From: Cenococcum geophilum
Lineage: Eukaryota
Direction of reading: 5' to 3'
DNA: 64,000 nt
NCBI GenBank assembly: GCA_050273025.1
Contig: CP158635.1
Coordinates: 18,166,001-18,230,000 of the forward strand
Shown here: positions 50,769 through 63,797 of the stretch, piece by piece
How positions within the stretch are numbered: the stretch's first letter is position 1
How the letters are laid out: each line of letters opens with the position of its first letter
Notes under the pieces: generated by a model
Database searches by the model: none
What the model was told of the DNA's origin: nothing
The model's input: only the letters and a program-made list of their open reading frames with translations
Program-made: the position numbers and the translations under genes

Positions 50769-53700
50769 TGTAAGACGTTACACAATCGATTATAAGGGTC
50801 GAGGGCGTAAGGAGGTAATATACCTACGCGTAGCTAACATAAGCTATACGTAAGGTATACGTAAGAGCACGGGGCTCTCCTATAGAGGCCCCTGCGGTAG
50901 GGTTCTGTAATACTACCCCCCCTCTTATAGAGGCGGAGCTCTGGCGACGCTATAGTTACTATATATATATAGGAGGGACACTTAAGTATAGAAACGAAGA
51001 AAAGGGGGGTATTACTAAAGGCTTAAAATAATATTATATAATAGGGCTTGGCATCTAAAAATCTAACTAATTAGATAACTTTAACCGCCGGTTAAAGTTC
51101 CTGGATATCTTAACAATATTCCGGTTATATAATTGCACTTTACCGCAATCTAACGGCAATTTAACGGCAATTTACCCTTACGTAGTAATATATAACGGTT
51201 TAACTCTATAAGGGCTCCTATAGAGGATTAGGTATAAAGTCTCTACTTAGGCCCGGTTTCTATAGGTTTACATAATAAAAGTTACTAATTAGATCCTTTA
51301 CATTTTTAAAGTCTTCTTATAGTTGCTATTCTAGCTAATCTCTATCGAATCCTGTATATATAGCTCTATAGTAGAGCCGTCGTCTTCTACCTTTGCTAAA
51401 GTATTTAAAGTTAATAATTCGTTTAACGGTCTACTCCTTATAGTTCTCGTCTTTATTCTTATCTTAGATTAGTACTAATAAGGGTTTAGGCTGTGTCTAC
51501 CCTAGTAAGGGGTTAGGTTAATAGAGGTATAGTAGCTATAGGTAAAATATGGGCTATATCCCGCGGGTAGCTAGGGTAGGTAGGAGTTCTAGCTTATATA
51601 CGGCTCCCCTATTAATAACTTATTTAATTAAATAGGGGCCAAGGTTCTTATAATTAAGTAACTTTATAGGCCTCTGCGTAGAGATATTATATATATTTAG
51701 CTATACCTAGTTACTAACACGTATCTCCGGTGGTGGTGTTTTATAACAGTTAGTAAAGTAGGCCTACTTTACTTAAGCCTAGGCCATTTCTCCCTTATAG
51801 TAGTTAAGTAGATTTTTTATATAGTCTGTATACTAGTTAGTAAGTAGTATCTTAAGGCGTTTTCTATATAGCAGTTTCTTATTAATAGGTTCTAGTAGCT
51901 CTATACTAGATTAAGAATAATAACCCTTATTCGCGAAGAACGGGGTAAGTCCTATAGTGGTTAAGATATAGTTATTCGCTATAAATTTACCTAGTAGGAG
52001 GTAATCCACCTAGTTATCTTAACTATAGGCAACTACCTATTGTAGGTACTCTTTTATACTAGCATTAGCGTTTTCCGGTTACCTAGCAGTTTTATAATAA
52101 AAGAATATAGATATCTTAATAAAAATACTAAGGCGTTAGTAGATTTATTTCTATATATTAGAGTTAAATTATATACCTTAGTCGGACGTAATTAAGTTAG
52201 GTAACCTATATAGTCGGTAAACTTTATAGAGGAAGGCATTAGTAATATCGCTAATGGCTACGCCTTTAGTTAGGATGTAGTGGCGCTCTTTTATAAGTTG
52301 GCATATTATTATAAAGATGTTCTTATAGGTACGGCCGTGTTATTTATAGGGTAGTAGGTTAATAACGAAATCTATAGCAATATCTGCCTATTATTATATA
52401 GGTACTAGTAGAGGGTGTAGTAGTCCTTAATACTTTATATTAAAGGCCTTAGCGCGCTTATAACCGTAGTAGGCGCCTATAAAGCGTTTAACTAAGTCTA
52501 TTATTTTTAGCTAGAAGTAGTATCGGCTAAGAAGCTTATAGGTTCCTCTTTTACCTAGGTAGCCGCTTAATTGGAGGTTATAGGCTATTTAGATTAGTTA
52601 CCGTTATAGATTTTCTAAGTTAGGGATAAATAGGCGGCCTCTATAATAGAGCCTGTTTTTTTTAACTTTTAAGGCTGCTATATTAATCTAGCCTAGGCTT
52701 TAGAGGTTAGTAGGTAGTATATAGGCGCTAGCGGTCTTTGCGGTAATAAGTTAATATAATAATAGGTTAACAGAGGCGTTATATACCGTAGTAATAAGTT
52801 CGTTAATTTTAGGAGGTAACTTTAGTTCTATAGTATAAAGCTAGGGTATAGTTAGCTCTATTATAGGTAGTATGCCTAGGGCTAAATTTCGTACTTTTAG
52901 GATCGTTTATTATTGGAACTAATTATAGGGGTTATCTTTAAACTAAGGAAGGTCTTACGAGCGGCGTATTAGGCTATTAGGTTTAGTACCTTATACTTCT
53001 AGTCTATATATAATTTTAAAGTTAAAACTAAAGAGGAACTCGTTCCAACGTACTTAGCGTTAGTTTAGCTACTTTATAGTTATAAAGTGCTTAAGGTTGC
53101 GATAGTCCGTAAGAACTTTAGTTAGCTAATTAGGCTCTATTAAGGAGAGTTCTAGTTAAAATTCTTTAAACGCTCGTATAATTATAAGGAGTTCTTTATT
53201 ATAGATCTTATAGTTACACTTTTATAGTATAAGCTTAGATATATAGAATGCGACTAGGTAAAGAAGACCGTTATTACCTATCTAGGAAAGAATACCTGCG
53301 TTAACGTAGTCTAAGGAGTTAGTTTTAAGGTAGAGTTATTATTTTAGTATAAAGTAAGCTAGGACAGGTGCTTTAGTAAAGGCATTTTTAAGGTCTTAAA
53401 ACGCCTTCTTGCATTTAAGCATTTAGATAAAGCGTAGGTGCGTTTTTCTTCCTTTTATAAAAAGGCCCTTCGTTCGCATCATTACTATAACTAGTGCTAC
53501 TATGCCTAAGAAGTTATATATAAATTTCTAATAAAAGTTAGTAAAACTAAGAAAGGCTTATACGTCCTTAATGCAGTTAGGGGCTTACTATTTAGTAATT
53601 ATACGTACCTTCTTAGGGTCTATACGGACACCCTTAGTAGTAACAATTAGTTTAAGGTATTTTACTTCTATAACTAAGAATTTATATTTCTTTAAACTAA

Positions 53701-54606
53701 TATAAAGTCCTATATCCCTAAGGCGCTATAGAACCTTTTAAATATATTCGGTATACTTAGAGGGGTTATTACTATAAATAAGTATATTATCTAGGTACGC
53801 AGAGCAGAAGTCGTTAAGGTAGTCCCGTAAGGCGTTATTAATATAGCTTTAAAAGGTGCCTAGGCCGTTATATACACTAAAAGGCATAATAGTATATTTA
53901 AATTAGCTAAAGCGCAATGCAAATGCGGTTTTCTATATATTACCTTCCTATATTTAAAGATAGTTAAAGGCAGCAATAATATTAAGCTTAGTATAAATTT
54001 TAGCTTAACTAAGCCGCTTAAGGGTCTTACGTATAAGTAGTACTAGGTATTAGTTTTTAATCGTAATAGCATTAAGTCCTTTATAGTTAATGTAGAATTA
54101 AATACCTCCTTTTAGCTTCTTAGCGAGAAGGATAGGGGCGGCTACTAGTAACATACTAGGACGAATAAATCCTTTATTAAGGTGCTTGTTAATATACTTT
54201 TTTATAACTAGAAGTTTATCTTTTAATATTAGGTAAGGTCTCTTATAAGGTAGCATTTTTCCTTATTTAATGTTAATAGTATAGTTATTAGGTTAATATA
54301 GGGGGAGTATATCTACGCTCTTTTATAAGCATATGTTAGTAAAGTTATAGTACCTCTTAGGGAGGAGCTTGCGGAGTTCTTTATTAGTAAGTCCTTTTTT
54401 AAGCTTTATAAACTTCTTAAAGTCTAAAGGTAAAAGTCCGTAGAGTTCCGTAGGGGCGTCGTCTTTTAAAAGGTTAACTATATCCATCCTATTACTATAA
54501 AGGATATAGTCCTATTCTTTATTAAGCTTATATAGTTGTAATTAGGAAGCTATAGTAACAATCTAACCTTTCTTACGTGCTATACGGTAGAAGGCTAGAG
54601 TACTTA
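50769..54606 (-). mobile_element. Chromoviral Ty3/Gypsy pol (RT, RNase H, integrase, chromodomain) with PPT and 3' LTR (50769-50912), RIPped, 5'-truncated
   Basis: [41 protein letters not shown] (YLDD), CNYKIYNKELLIIIRAF, integrase core, and a chromodomain-like end near 51300-51450; PPT AGAGGGGGGGTAG. Confidence 0.9.
50926..51210. mobile_element. LTR-like insert sitting beside the PPT of the Gypsy element
   Basis: Termini TATAGAG...CTCTATA (de-RIP TGTAGAG/CTCTACA) and internal AACGGCAATTT repeats; no TSD seen. Confidence 0.5.
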
Positions 54607-54658
54607 CATCGGGAAAATATTCGCAGGATGAGATTTAAGTAGACTTTGTTTAGCGCGT

Positions 54659-54860
54659 TTCGCGTAATTGATATGCAATTGACCAACTTAACATGCAACT
54701 TGACTAACTTAACACGCAATTAACTAACTTAATATACAACTTAACCAACTTAACACGCAATTAACCAACTTAACATTTAACTTAACTAACTTAATACGCA
54801 ATTAACCAACTTAATATTTAACTTAACTAACTTAATACGTAATTAACCAACTTAATATAT
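54659..54860. repeat. Tandem array of alternating 21/22-bp units (about 9 copies), subterminal in the Plavaka element
   Basis: Units of the type AATTRACCAACTTAACATGC / AACTTRACTAACTTAACACGC. Confidence 0.85.
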
Positions 54861-55040
54861 TTAAAAGTTAAATAACACGCAGTTAACCTACTTAACAACT
54901 TTAAAAGCTAACTACACATTCCTTAATATGTAATTAAGGTAATATAATATATTATTTTAAAGTTGTATACCAATTGCGCAAATGAATTTTTACTATTTTC
55001 TTAGCCTATAGTATGCTAGCTTATAATATATATTATATAT

Positions 55041-55180
55041 AATCTCATATAATCTTATACAATCTTATATAATCTTATATAATCTTATACAATCTTATAT
55101 AATCTTATACAATCTTATATAATCTTATATAATCTTATACAATCTTATACAATCTTATATAGTCCTATATAGTCTTATAT
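55041..55180. repeat. 10-bp minisatellite (AATCTTATAY) x14
   Basis: Seen directly, just past the 3' end of the Plavaka ORF. Confidence 0.9.
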
Positions 55181-57379
55181 AGGTTTATTATTATATTATA
55201 TATTATAGGTTCTATACTAGCTCAGCTGCTTTTACTATTTGTCCTAGCTTTTATATAATAACGCGATACGAGTTCCTTTTTTAAAAAAGTTGTCCGAGTA
55301 CAGAGTATTATGTTAGTCCCAATTAATATAATTATTAACGTAGTATAAATCTAAACAAGAAGTAGCGGCTGAAATAATATACGCGCTTTATAGAATAGAT
55401 GGCATTAAATAAAAGCGACCACCTCCAAGTACTTGCCTAGTATTTACGCTTAGGCGCGGCCACCTTTTTACCTTAACTATGCCGTGTATTAGATGCGGCA
55501 GTCTATAATTTAATGGCTAAAGCAGCTCTACTATAGCTCTAGTATACTATACGTATATACTATACTTATCTAACCTTTTAATATCTAGAATAGTAATAAT
55601 TAGCTAAAGCTAGCCTATAAGTCTTCTACCTAATAGCGTACAGCCCTTTCTAATACGGTCGCCGTTATCTATATACTCCTGGACCCATACATAATCACGC
55701 CTCCACTAGTTAGAACATTGCCAATTTAGTATACAATATACTACCTCACTAATTTAGCCCTTAAGGTTAGTTGCATTTTTTCTATCTCGTTTCTAACAGC
55801 GAATAGATAGATATATTTTAATAAGCAGGCACTTAACCTATAAGGGGTCCTTCTCTTTCCGGTCTATATTAGAGTTCTAGGTACGTTTACCTTATAGTTT
55901 TCGCCTACACTCTTAGACAAATACCACAATACCATTTAGAAACCCTGGAATTTTATAGCAGTTTATCATATAAGATATATAAAGCCATGTCTTTAACCTA
56001 AGACGCCTCTGGACAAGATCTGTTGCCCTATTTATATCTTCTAAAGGCCACTAAAGCTTTACAACTACCAAATACTATATTAATTAAGTAGCCTATACCT
56101 CTAAATACTGGGAAGACTATGGTATAGAATCACTATTTATAAAAGCTATTTCGTCTTCTATTGCTAGTACTACTACCCATCTTAAATTGTGAGAGCAGAT
56201 TTAAGATAGCGAATCCCGTTTATTTATTAAGTTATAAAACGCCTTAATAATATAACAGTGTCCAGCTTCGCCATTTACGCCAGTGTAGTACCCATCTACA
56301 CATCCGTACAGGCAGATATTTTCCTTAAAATGTACAAGGGCATGGAATTTTGGTATATTAAAATAGCCCGTATTAGAATCCTTTACCTTTAGACAGAAAC
56401 TTTGAAACACGCCTTTAAGCATATCAATTCAATATAGGGCGTAGTATATATATCGTAGTGTCTCCTCGTTATAGGTGCGATACTAAGCTATAATAATAAA
56501 GTTGTATATAGCTCTTGTAAAATGTATAGCATATAGTTCCCTAGACGACAGCAGTAGGGCTAGCACAGCGACAAGTTAACGAACTATGGCTTTTTATTTA
56601 TTACCTATCTATTAAGTAACTTTACTAAATAATAGGTTATTAAACCGTTTTAGCCCTATAAAAGCCAGGACTTATCTAAAACACTAATTAAGCTAAGCCT
56701 CCGCAGATATATTTATTATAGTTATCTTTATCCCTCTTCTCTTTCTTTTTAGCTAGACGACATCACCTACCAGTTTCCATACCTATTTAATAAGTTATAT
56801 AATAATACCCTTTAGAAGCTAATATAGAACATCTACTATTATGCCCTTATAGATGTTAAATAGGCAATAGTATTACGCAAAATATTCTACCGGGTATACC
56901 CAGTCGTCTAAGAATGGAAGAATGTTCTCTAGTTTCTAGCGTTTAATCTATCTTCTTGTCTCCTTATAGGTGCGTAGCGGGTATTGTTTCTTAGTCAAGT
57001 TCTTACGCTTTAAAGGGGGGACCTAGCACATAGTGCAGTGCTATTGGCTTTTAATACCTATAAGCAGCACTTGTTCTTTATAGTCTACCATTATTCCATA
57101 TATAATTAGATAATATTATTACACAAAATTATCCGCATATTAAAGGTCTACACCGCTTTCTACAAGATACTTAATTACTATTATATTTTAGTTAATGAAA
57201 TATAGCGTTAGAATACTAAAGCAGGACTTACGTTTAAGTATAGTTCTTATCGCCTTATAATATGCTTTACTTTTTATATCGTTATCTTTTTCTTTAATAA
57301 CTGGTATAAAGCCAACAAGGATATTTGCGGGGGATATCTATCGGCGCCGAACTTGTCGGTTAAGATTACCAATGGTAAG

Positions 57380-60300
57380 TGTTCGTACTAATTTAATAGC
57401 ACAAGTGAGTCGTATCCACGGGCACGAAATACATGTAGTATCGTATGCTTGTTTGGATGGTGACTGTCGATTGTATAAAGCAGACTACGTGGTCTATATA
57501 CTGATGCACCTCCCCCCTAATTAGTTAGTGCTTTATAAGTGCACCAGACGCGTAAGCGAGTAGTTAGTGTACCGAACGCGTAAACGCGTACCTGGTGTAC
57601 CGAACGCGTAAGCACGCGGTTAGTACAACAGGTGCTGTAATTATACACTGGCGGTACTTAAAAAATGAAACTACCTATGTATAGCCTCTATAATTGCTTT
57701 AATAAAACCATAAAACATAAAGGAAAATACATAGGAAATCCCCCCCGGGTGTCTTCTGGGCTGCCTTCTAAACGGTGCTCTAAGCTGGCCGTAAGTCCTG
57801 CTTACGGTCCGTAAAATAAACTATATAGCCTTTCGACGGGCCGTAGACGAGCCATAAGTTAGATCTTAAGGGCCGCTAAGGCGCTAATGCTAAGCGAGCT
57901 AATGACGATTTTCTATCCCGGGGATGGAAAATCGTGATTGGTCAATTTAACTAACGTAGCAGGATAATAGGCCGTATAAGCCGTACGGCCTTCTAACGGG
58001 CCGTAGACATACTATAGATGCTCTATCAGTCTCGTTCTACCTATTCCATAACTTCTAGGTTAAGCTTATTTATATTAATTAGGGTTTTAAGGGCTTAATA
58101 CGGCTTTGCCTTAGTTATAGCGTCTACTAGGTTGTTTCCGCCGCTAATCTATTTAACCTCTATAATCTCGCGTCGTTTATAGGCTTAATATAAGCATATT
58201 AGGTCAACCATGAGCCTCTTCTCTTATATCGTACCTAGCTTAACTAAGTAGTCGTAAAGGGACTTTAAATCGGTGCATAAGACTAAGGGTAACTGCTCTA
58301 GTTGTAGGATCTTCTGGACTATTAATTTGATTACGGCTGCTATATTAAAGCTATGGGCTAGTACATATAGTTTAGAAGCTAGTATACTTTAGGTTACTCG
58401 TTTACACTTAATTAAAGACTAGTATAGTATATTTGCGTCCTAATTATGGTTTATAAGTATAATTATAAAGCCAATTTATAATAATAGGTCTTTGTTATTA
58501 GTAAAGGAGGCGTTCGTAAATACTAGTAAGCTAAGGGAACTTAGGTCTAGTGGTATAAAAGTAAGTCCCCTTACTGCATTATTAATTTGCCACTAAATAC
58601 GCTTATTAAGCTGCTTAATATTTTCTTCTTACGGATCTACTGCCTGGGCCGCAAAAGATAAATTGTAGGTAGATTTGGGTTGGCAGACTGTGGCAATATA
58701 GGCGCCTCTTACACGCTATACAACGTATTAGTCCTTCATATTTACGGTCTTATAGGTCTCTCTACAGGAGCTGGTAAGGTCCGTAGGCTTTACTATAATA
58801 GGCTTTAGGTTTTAAGCTTAGCGTTCCTAAGTTAGCTTAATTAGGCTACCCTTTTATGTAATTAGGCCTCTATTAAACTTAATCGGATTCTGCTTAGTTA
58901 ACTACTCTTACAGCTTTGCTAAAAACTTAGCCTTTTATAGTTTAGTTTCTTTAGCGTCCGTAAAGGTCTGGTCTGCTAGGAATAGGGTATTATCTATTTA
59001 AAGTCCAATAATACTAAGGCCGTTTAATGGGCTGTATAGGAGGTAGGGGTTATAGGTCGACTGTTCCATTTTGAGTTTACTAACGTAGTGCTAGTAGTAT
59101 ATCTTAAACCAATGGTTTCCGGCTTCTGGTACTCCGTAAAGAGGTTTTATAACCCATAAAATTGTTCCTAGTTGTAGATTAAGCTCGCAGGGTAGCCGTA
59201 TAAAGATATCCCTACTTAGGTAGGTATTAGACTGTATATAGGCTTGCGAGATATCCCGTAGGTAAAAGGCTACGGGTTTACTTTGCTATAGTCCGGGCAT
59301 AAGTGCAAGTATAATCCGTTAACTAACTCATTAAATTGTGGGCGATTGCGTAAGGACTAAGTCCTTTCCTTAGTTATTATAGGCTTATACAACAAGTCTT
59401 AATTTTTTAAAGGCTTTATTAGTATTAGGGTGCTTAATCTTGTTAATAAAGCGTAAGTTAAATATACGGACGCCTTGCGGAACGTCTCTCTCCATTATAG
59501 CCGTAAAAACACCCTTTTTAAGTAGTCTATTAATCTCCTTACGTCGTAAGTCCGTAAAAGGGGTTTCCTATACTAGAACTAATATATCCATAGGCGGAGA
59601 TTGCCTTACGGATATTCCTGTGGAGGTTAGGTGATTTTTTATTACAGAGTTCTTAGTTATAGGGTGCTTTTAGGGGCATCCTTAACCACACTTTACGGTA
59701 GGTTTAGCAGGTTTAGTAGGTTCCTAGGGGACTTCTATAGTAGGCAGGGGTGCTTCTATTTTGTTTAGTTTGGCGGGTGCTCCTAGTTCGTCTAGTTTAT
59801 TAGGTGCTTCTAGTTCGTCTAATTTAACGTCATAGGTGTTTTTGGGCCGAAAGTAGGGTTTTACGGATATACTTCTGAAGCTTATTGGTCCGCTAGGGAG
59901 CTATATATAGTAGGTCTCGTCTTCTACGGCTAGTAGACGGTAAGGTCTAGTCTAATTACCGCTTTTACGCCACATAAGGACTTTAGAATTAAGCGGGAGG
60001 TTATATACTAAGGTTGTATTAGGTCCGTTACGGTGGTATAGGGCGTTATTAATAGTTTGTTTAGCCCATAATTTAGCTATTTCGGCCATTGCCTTCTGTA
60101 TTGTAGCTGCTCGATCCGTAACAGACGGGGCAGGAGGGTCCAGTTTGCTTATCCTTGGGTAGGCTCCGTAGACTAAGAGGGTAGGTACTAGTCCGTTAGG
60201 GCTAGCGGTGTTATTAATAGCTTTTACGGCCAGCTATAAAGCCAGTTCTTTTTGGATATTCTTACACTCATCCGTAATGATCTGGTAAGCTCTCTATAGA

Positions 60301-63300
60301 GCTAGGTAAGCTCGCTTAATAAGCCTAATAGACCAGTATGCCTTAACTGGAATGGCTTTTGTTAAAATAGTTATGGCCATAGCGTACTGTTGGAATTCCT
60401 TACTAATAAAGTTCCTGCTGGCGTCGTGGGTAATATACTTAGGAGGTCTAAGGTATATATTAATCCAATAGGTCCGTAAAATGTCCTAAGTATGTTTTAT
60501 GGATATATTTTGCAACTAACGGGCGGCTTAATAGCGGGTTACCTCGTTAATTATATATAATACTGGACTGCCGTTAATGTATATAATGTCTATATATACT
60601 AAGTAGTTAAAGTTAAGGTCCTTGCAAAGGGTGAACTTGAATTGGCCTAGGGAACGTCCGTATTTCTGGCAAAAAGAGCAGTATTTAGTTAGGTGGTTGA
60701 TTACCTTCTTATCAACGTTGTTATATCTAGAGCGTTCAAGGACTCTATATAGCTTTTCGGCTAACAGGTAGCCGAAGCGGCGGTGCAGGCGGTAGATCTT
60801 AGTACTGGTAAGGTAGCACGGGTTATAGTTAAAAGATTCCTAAATATAGGTCTATAAAGTCTCTCCCTATATAAGGAACGGGTGTCCAAATTGTTGTATA
60901 ATTAGTAGGGTAATATGCTTGCTTCCTAGGGCAGTTATAGGGCCAATTATAGTGTCCGTAATATTGTTATAGTAGACCTATAGCCTATCTATGTCCGCAA
61001 GACAGAGTAGAAAAGGGGTGTCCGCTTTTACTACATGGAAGTTGACTAGGCTAATTAGGGTCTTAACTTTAACTAATCTAATTAATGCGGTTAAGCCGAT
61101 GCCGAATTAGACGTTTACGGCCCCAGTTTACGTAATATTAATATCCGTATTGTTATTTACGGTAGTCCTATATGCGAGGTATTGTCCGTAGCCTACGGTA
61201 GACTTCTTAGAGGCGCCTATGTTAATTATAACACCGTAGAATTCCTTAGGGGTATAGCGTTCTGTGGTGATATATGCAAATAGGTCCTGCTTGTAATCTA
61301 TAACGTCCGTAATAGGGGTACTTGCGGAATGGTTTTCGGGCGTAACTAAGTGTAGGAAGGAACGGTTGGCTAATACGGTCGTAATATTAAAGGCTTAGCT
61401 GTCCGTAAAAGGTCTAAAAGTGGTTAGAAATGTCTTTAAGGTCTCTTATTCCTAAGCGTCTAAGTTAAAGTTAATTATAAGGGCTTCTATTAACTTATTA
61501 GGGGGCTCTTCTACTTCCTCTCCTTTATATTCCAAAATGAACTAGTTAATACGGCTATTAAGTCTTTTCCTAGACTTGTTACGTTCTTCCTAGGTATGCC
61601 TTATAGACTAACATCCTTCCTTACCGCATACGAAGCACTTCTAGCTAGTTTATCTATGGGGGTATATTGTTATACGGGGGTTGCTGCGGGGGTTATGGGT
61701 AGGACTTGGTCGGTATAGGTGCTGCTAGCGGTAGCGGCGGTCCGTAAAGTAGACGTCTAAGTCTGTTTACGGATATTAAATATCCGTAATAAAGGCTTAA
61801 GTGCTGCCTGGTAGGTTTAAGACTTCGTACGTTATAATAGAGGAGCGTAGATCGTTAATAAGGCTAGCTAAGGTGTCTATAGGCTTATAGTAGGCGTACT
61901 TATAGGGCTCTACTTCCTAGCAGGCCGTAATAAGTTTATTATACAGGAAGTCGTCTATTCGAAGCTTAGCGTTAAGGCCGTGCTATAGGTGCCGGAGGTC
62001 TTTGATAAGAATTTATAGGCACTCTATAGTTGATTTTTTAGTGTTCTTATCGATTACAGTCCATAGCTTGGTCGCATTCCATTAGGTAAAAATATTACGC
62101 TTATATTCTAGTCCTTTAAAGTAGTTGCGGGTGGCTTTATATAGCTTATTAAAGGGAACACTAAGGGGGTTGCTCTTAAGGTTAGTGTAGTAGTAGTTAA
62201 GTGCTAGGCTGCGTAGTATAGTAGAGTAGGCTTAGCTAAACTCTTGTTTAGGAATGTCAGCCTTCTGGCAAAGGTCCGTAAAGATGGTTAGTTTAAAGTT
62301 AAAATTGTCGTTTTTACTACTGTACTTAGATTTGTCGGTATAGAGCTTAGCTAGGTTAGCTAGCTCCTTACCATAGGTCTTTACTTAGGTGGCTTACGGA
62401 TCTGTAACTTATAGATTTATGGCTTGTGGATATATAGCTTGCGGATATATAGCTTGCGGATATATAGCTTGCGGATCTGTGACTTAAATAATAGGGGTAA
62501 TTTGGTCCGTAATTTGGTTTACAGGGGTGTTGTGGTCCGTATTTTGGGTTACGGGGGTATTATGGTCCGTAGCGTGGTCCGTAGCTTAAGAGTAGGGTAT
62601 ATTTTAGCTAGTGAGGTTAATTCTAAAGCCGCTTGGGTTTATAGGGCGAATTTAGTTAAGTGGGTTAGGTATAAGGCTAGCGATCCCATTAAGTTTGGGA
62701 GAAGTAAAGAGGTCTTTAGTGGCTTTAACCTGGTCTAGGATTTCCTCTTTAGTCCATTCTGTTTAGTCCTCCTCCTATATTGTGTTATATAAGGACCATA
62801 TAATAGTAACTTATTTATCCTTTTTAACCCATATACCTTAATAACGTAAAAGGGTTTATAGGTTATGGATAGTAGTAGGGTTATAAGCCTTAAGAATAGC
62901 TTCCGTAAAGTCCGCAAAGTCTTCCTTATATTACTCCCATAGGTCGTCGTTTAGAAGCTTATAGTATCCGTATTTAAGGATTTTGAAATTAATATAGTCG
63001 TTAACGCCGTCCGTAGACGTAAGGTTAACTCCCTAACTCCACTTCTTTTAACCTTTACTAATTTGCTTAGTTATATCTACCATATTATATAGCGTAGTAT
63101 ATCTATATAAGCCGTAGTGGGTAATAGTAGCTTATAGCGGGTGGAGGAGGTCTTATAATGGTCCGTAAAATCAATTAGCGGGTCCGTAACAGTTCAAGAG
63201 GTCTTATAGTAGTCCGTAAAGGCGATTAACGGGTCCGTAACGGTTCGTAGAAGGGTAGGGGGTCTCTGTAAGGGGTCTAAAAAGAGGTTGGGGGTATTAA

Positions 63301-63797
63301 GGGAGGGTGTAGTAGGAATAGGGGTTTAAGGTTTAAAGAGGTTAAGGGTAAGGGGTTCTATATAGGTCTATATTCGCGTTTATAAACTTCTAGTAAACTA
63401 TACTAAGACTTAAATAAGTATATAGAGTTAGTAATAAGTCCGTAATCCCTGACTTCTAACCTTCTAATAGGTTGTACTAGGAGTCTAAACGGGTGGTTGC
63501 TGTCGTATATATCGCTTGGGGGGAGGTGTTAAGTAATTGCTAATCTGTGCGCGCTTACTGATCAGTGTTCGTACTAATTTAATAGCACAAGTAAGTTGTA
63601 TCCACGGGCACGAAATACATGTAGTATCGTATGCTTGTTTAGATGGTGACTGTCAATTGTATAAAGTAGACTACGTGGTCTATATACTGATGCACCTCCC
63701 CCCTAATTAGTTAGTGCTTTATAAGTGCACTAAACGCGTACCTGGTGTACCGAACGCGTAAGCACACGGTTGGTATAATAGGTGCTATAATTATACA
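57380..63797 (-). mobile_element. Full-length Ty1/Copia LTR retrotransposon, GalEa-type, RIPped
   Basis: LTRs 57380-57647 and 63566-63797 (TG...CA) with perfect TSD GTAAG at 57375-79 and 63798-802. Integrase (LHRRFGY, FCQKY) precedes RT (RRKEINRLLKKGVF, LTQSPTI, KPLYGVPEAGNHWF, GL*IDNTLFL for GLQTDDTLFL) and RNase H. Confidence 0.95.

Noticed and set aside
54659..54860. Regular 21/22-bp repeats that could be mistaken for a CRISPR array
   Set aside because: The units are directly tandem with no unique spacers, there are no cas genes, and the context is a eukaryotic transposon subterminus.
62424..62738. ORF with WIYSLRIYSLRIYSLR repeat
   Set aside because: Antisense reading of a 15-bp tandem repeat inside the RIPped Copia gag.
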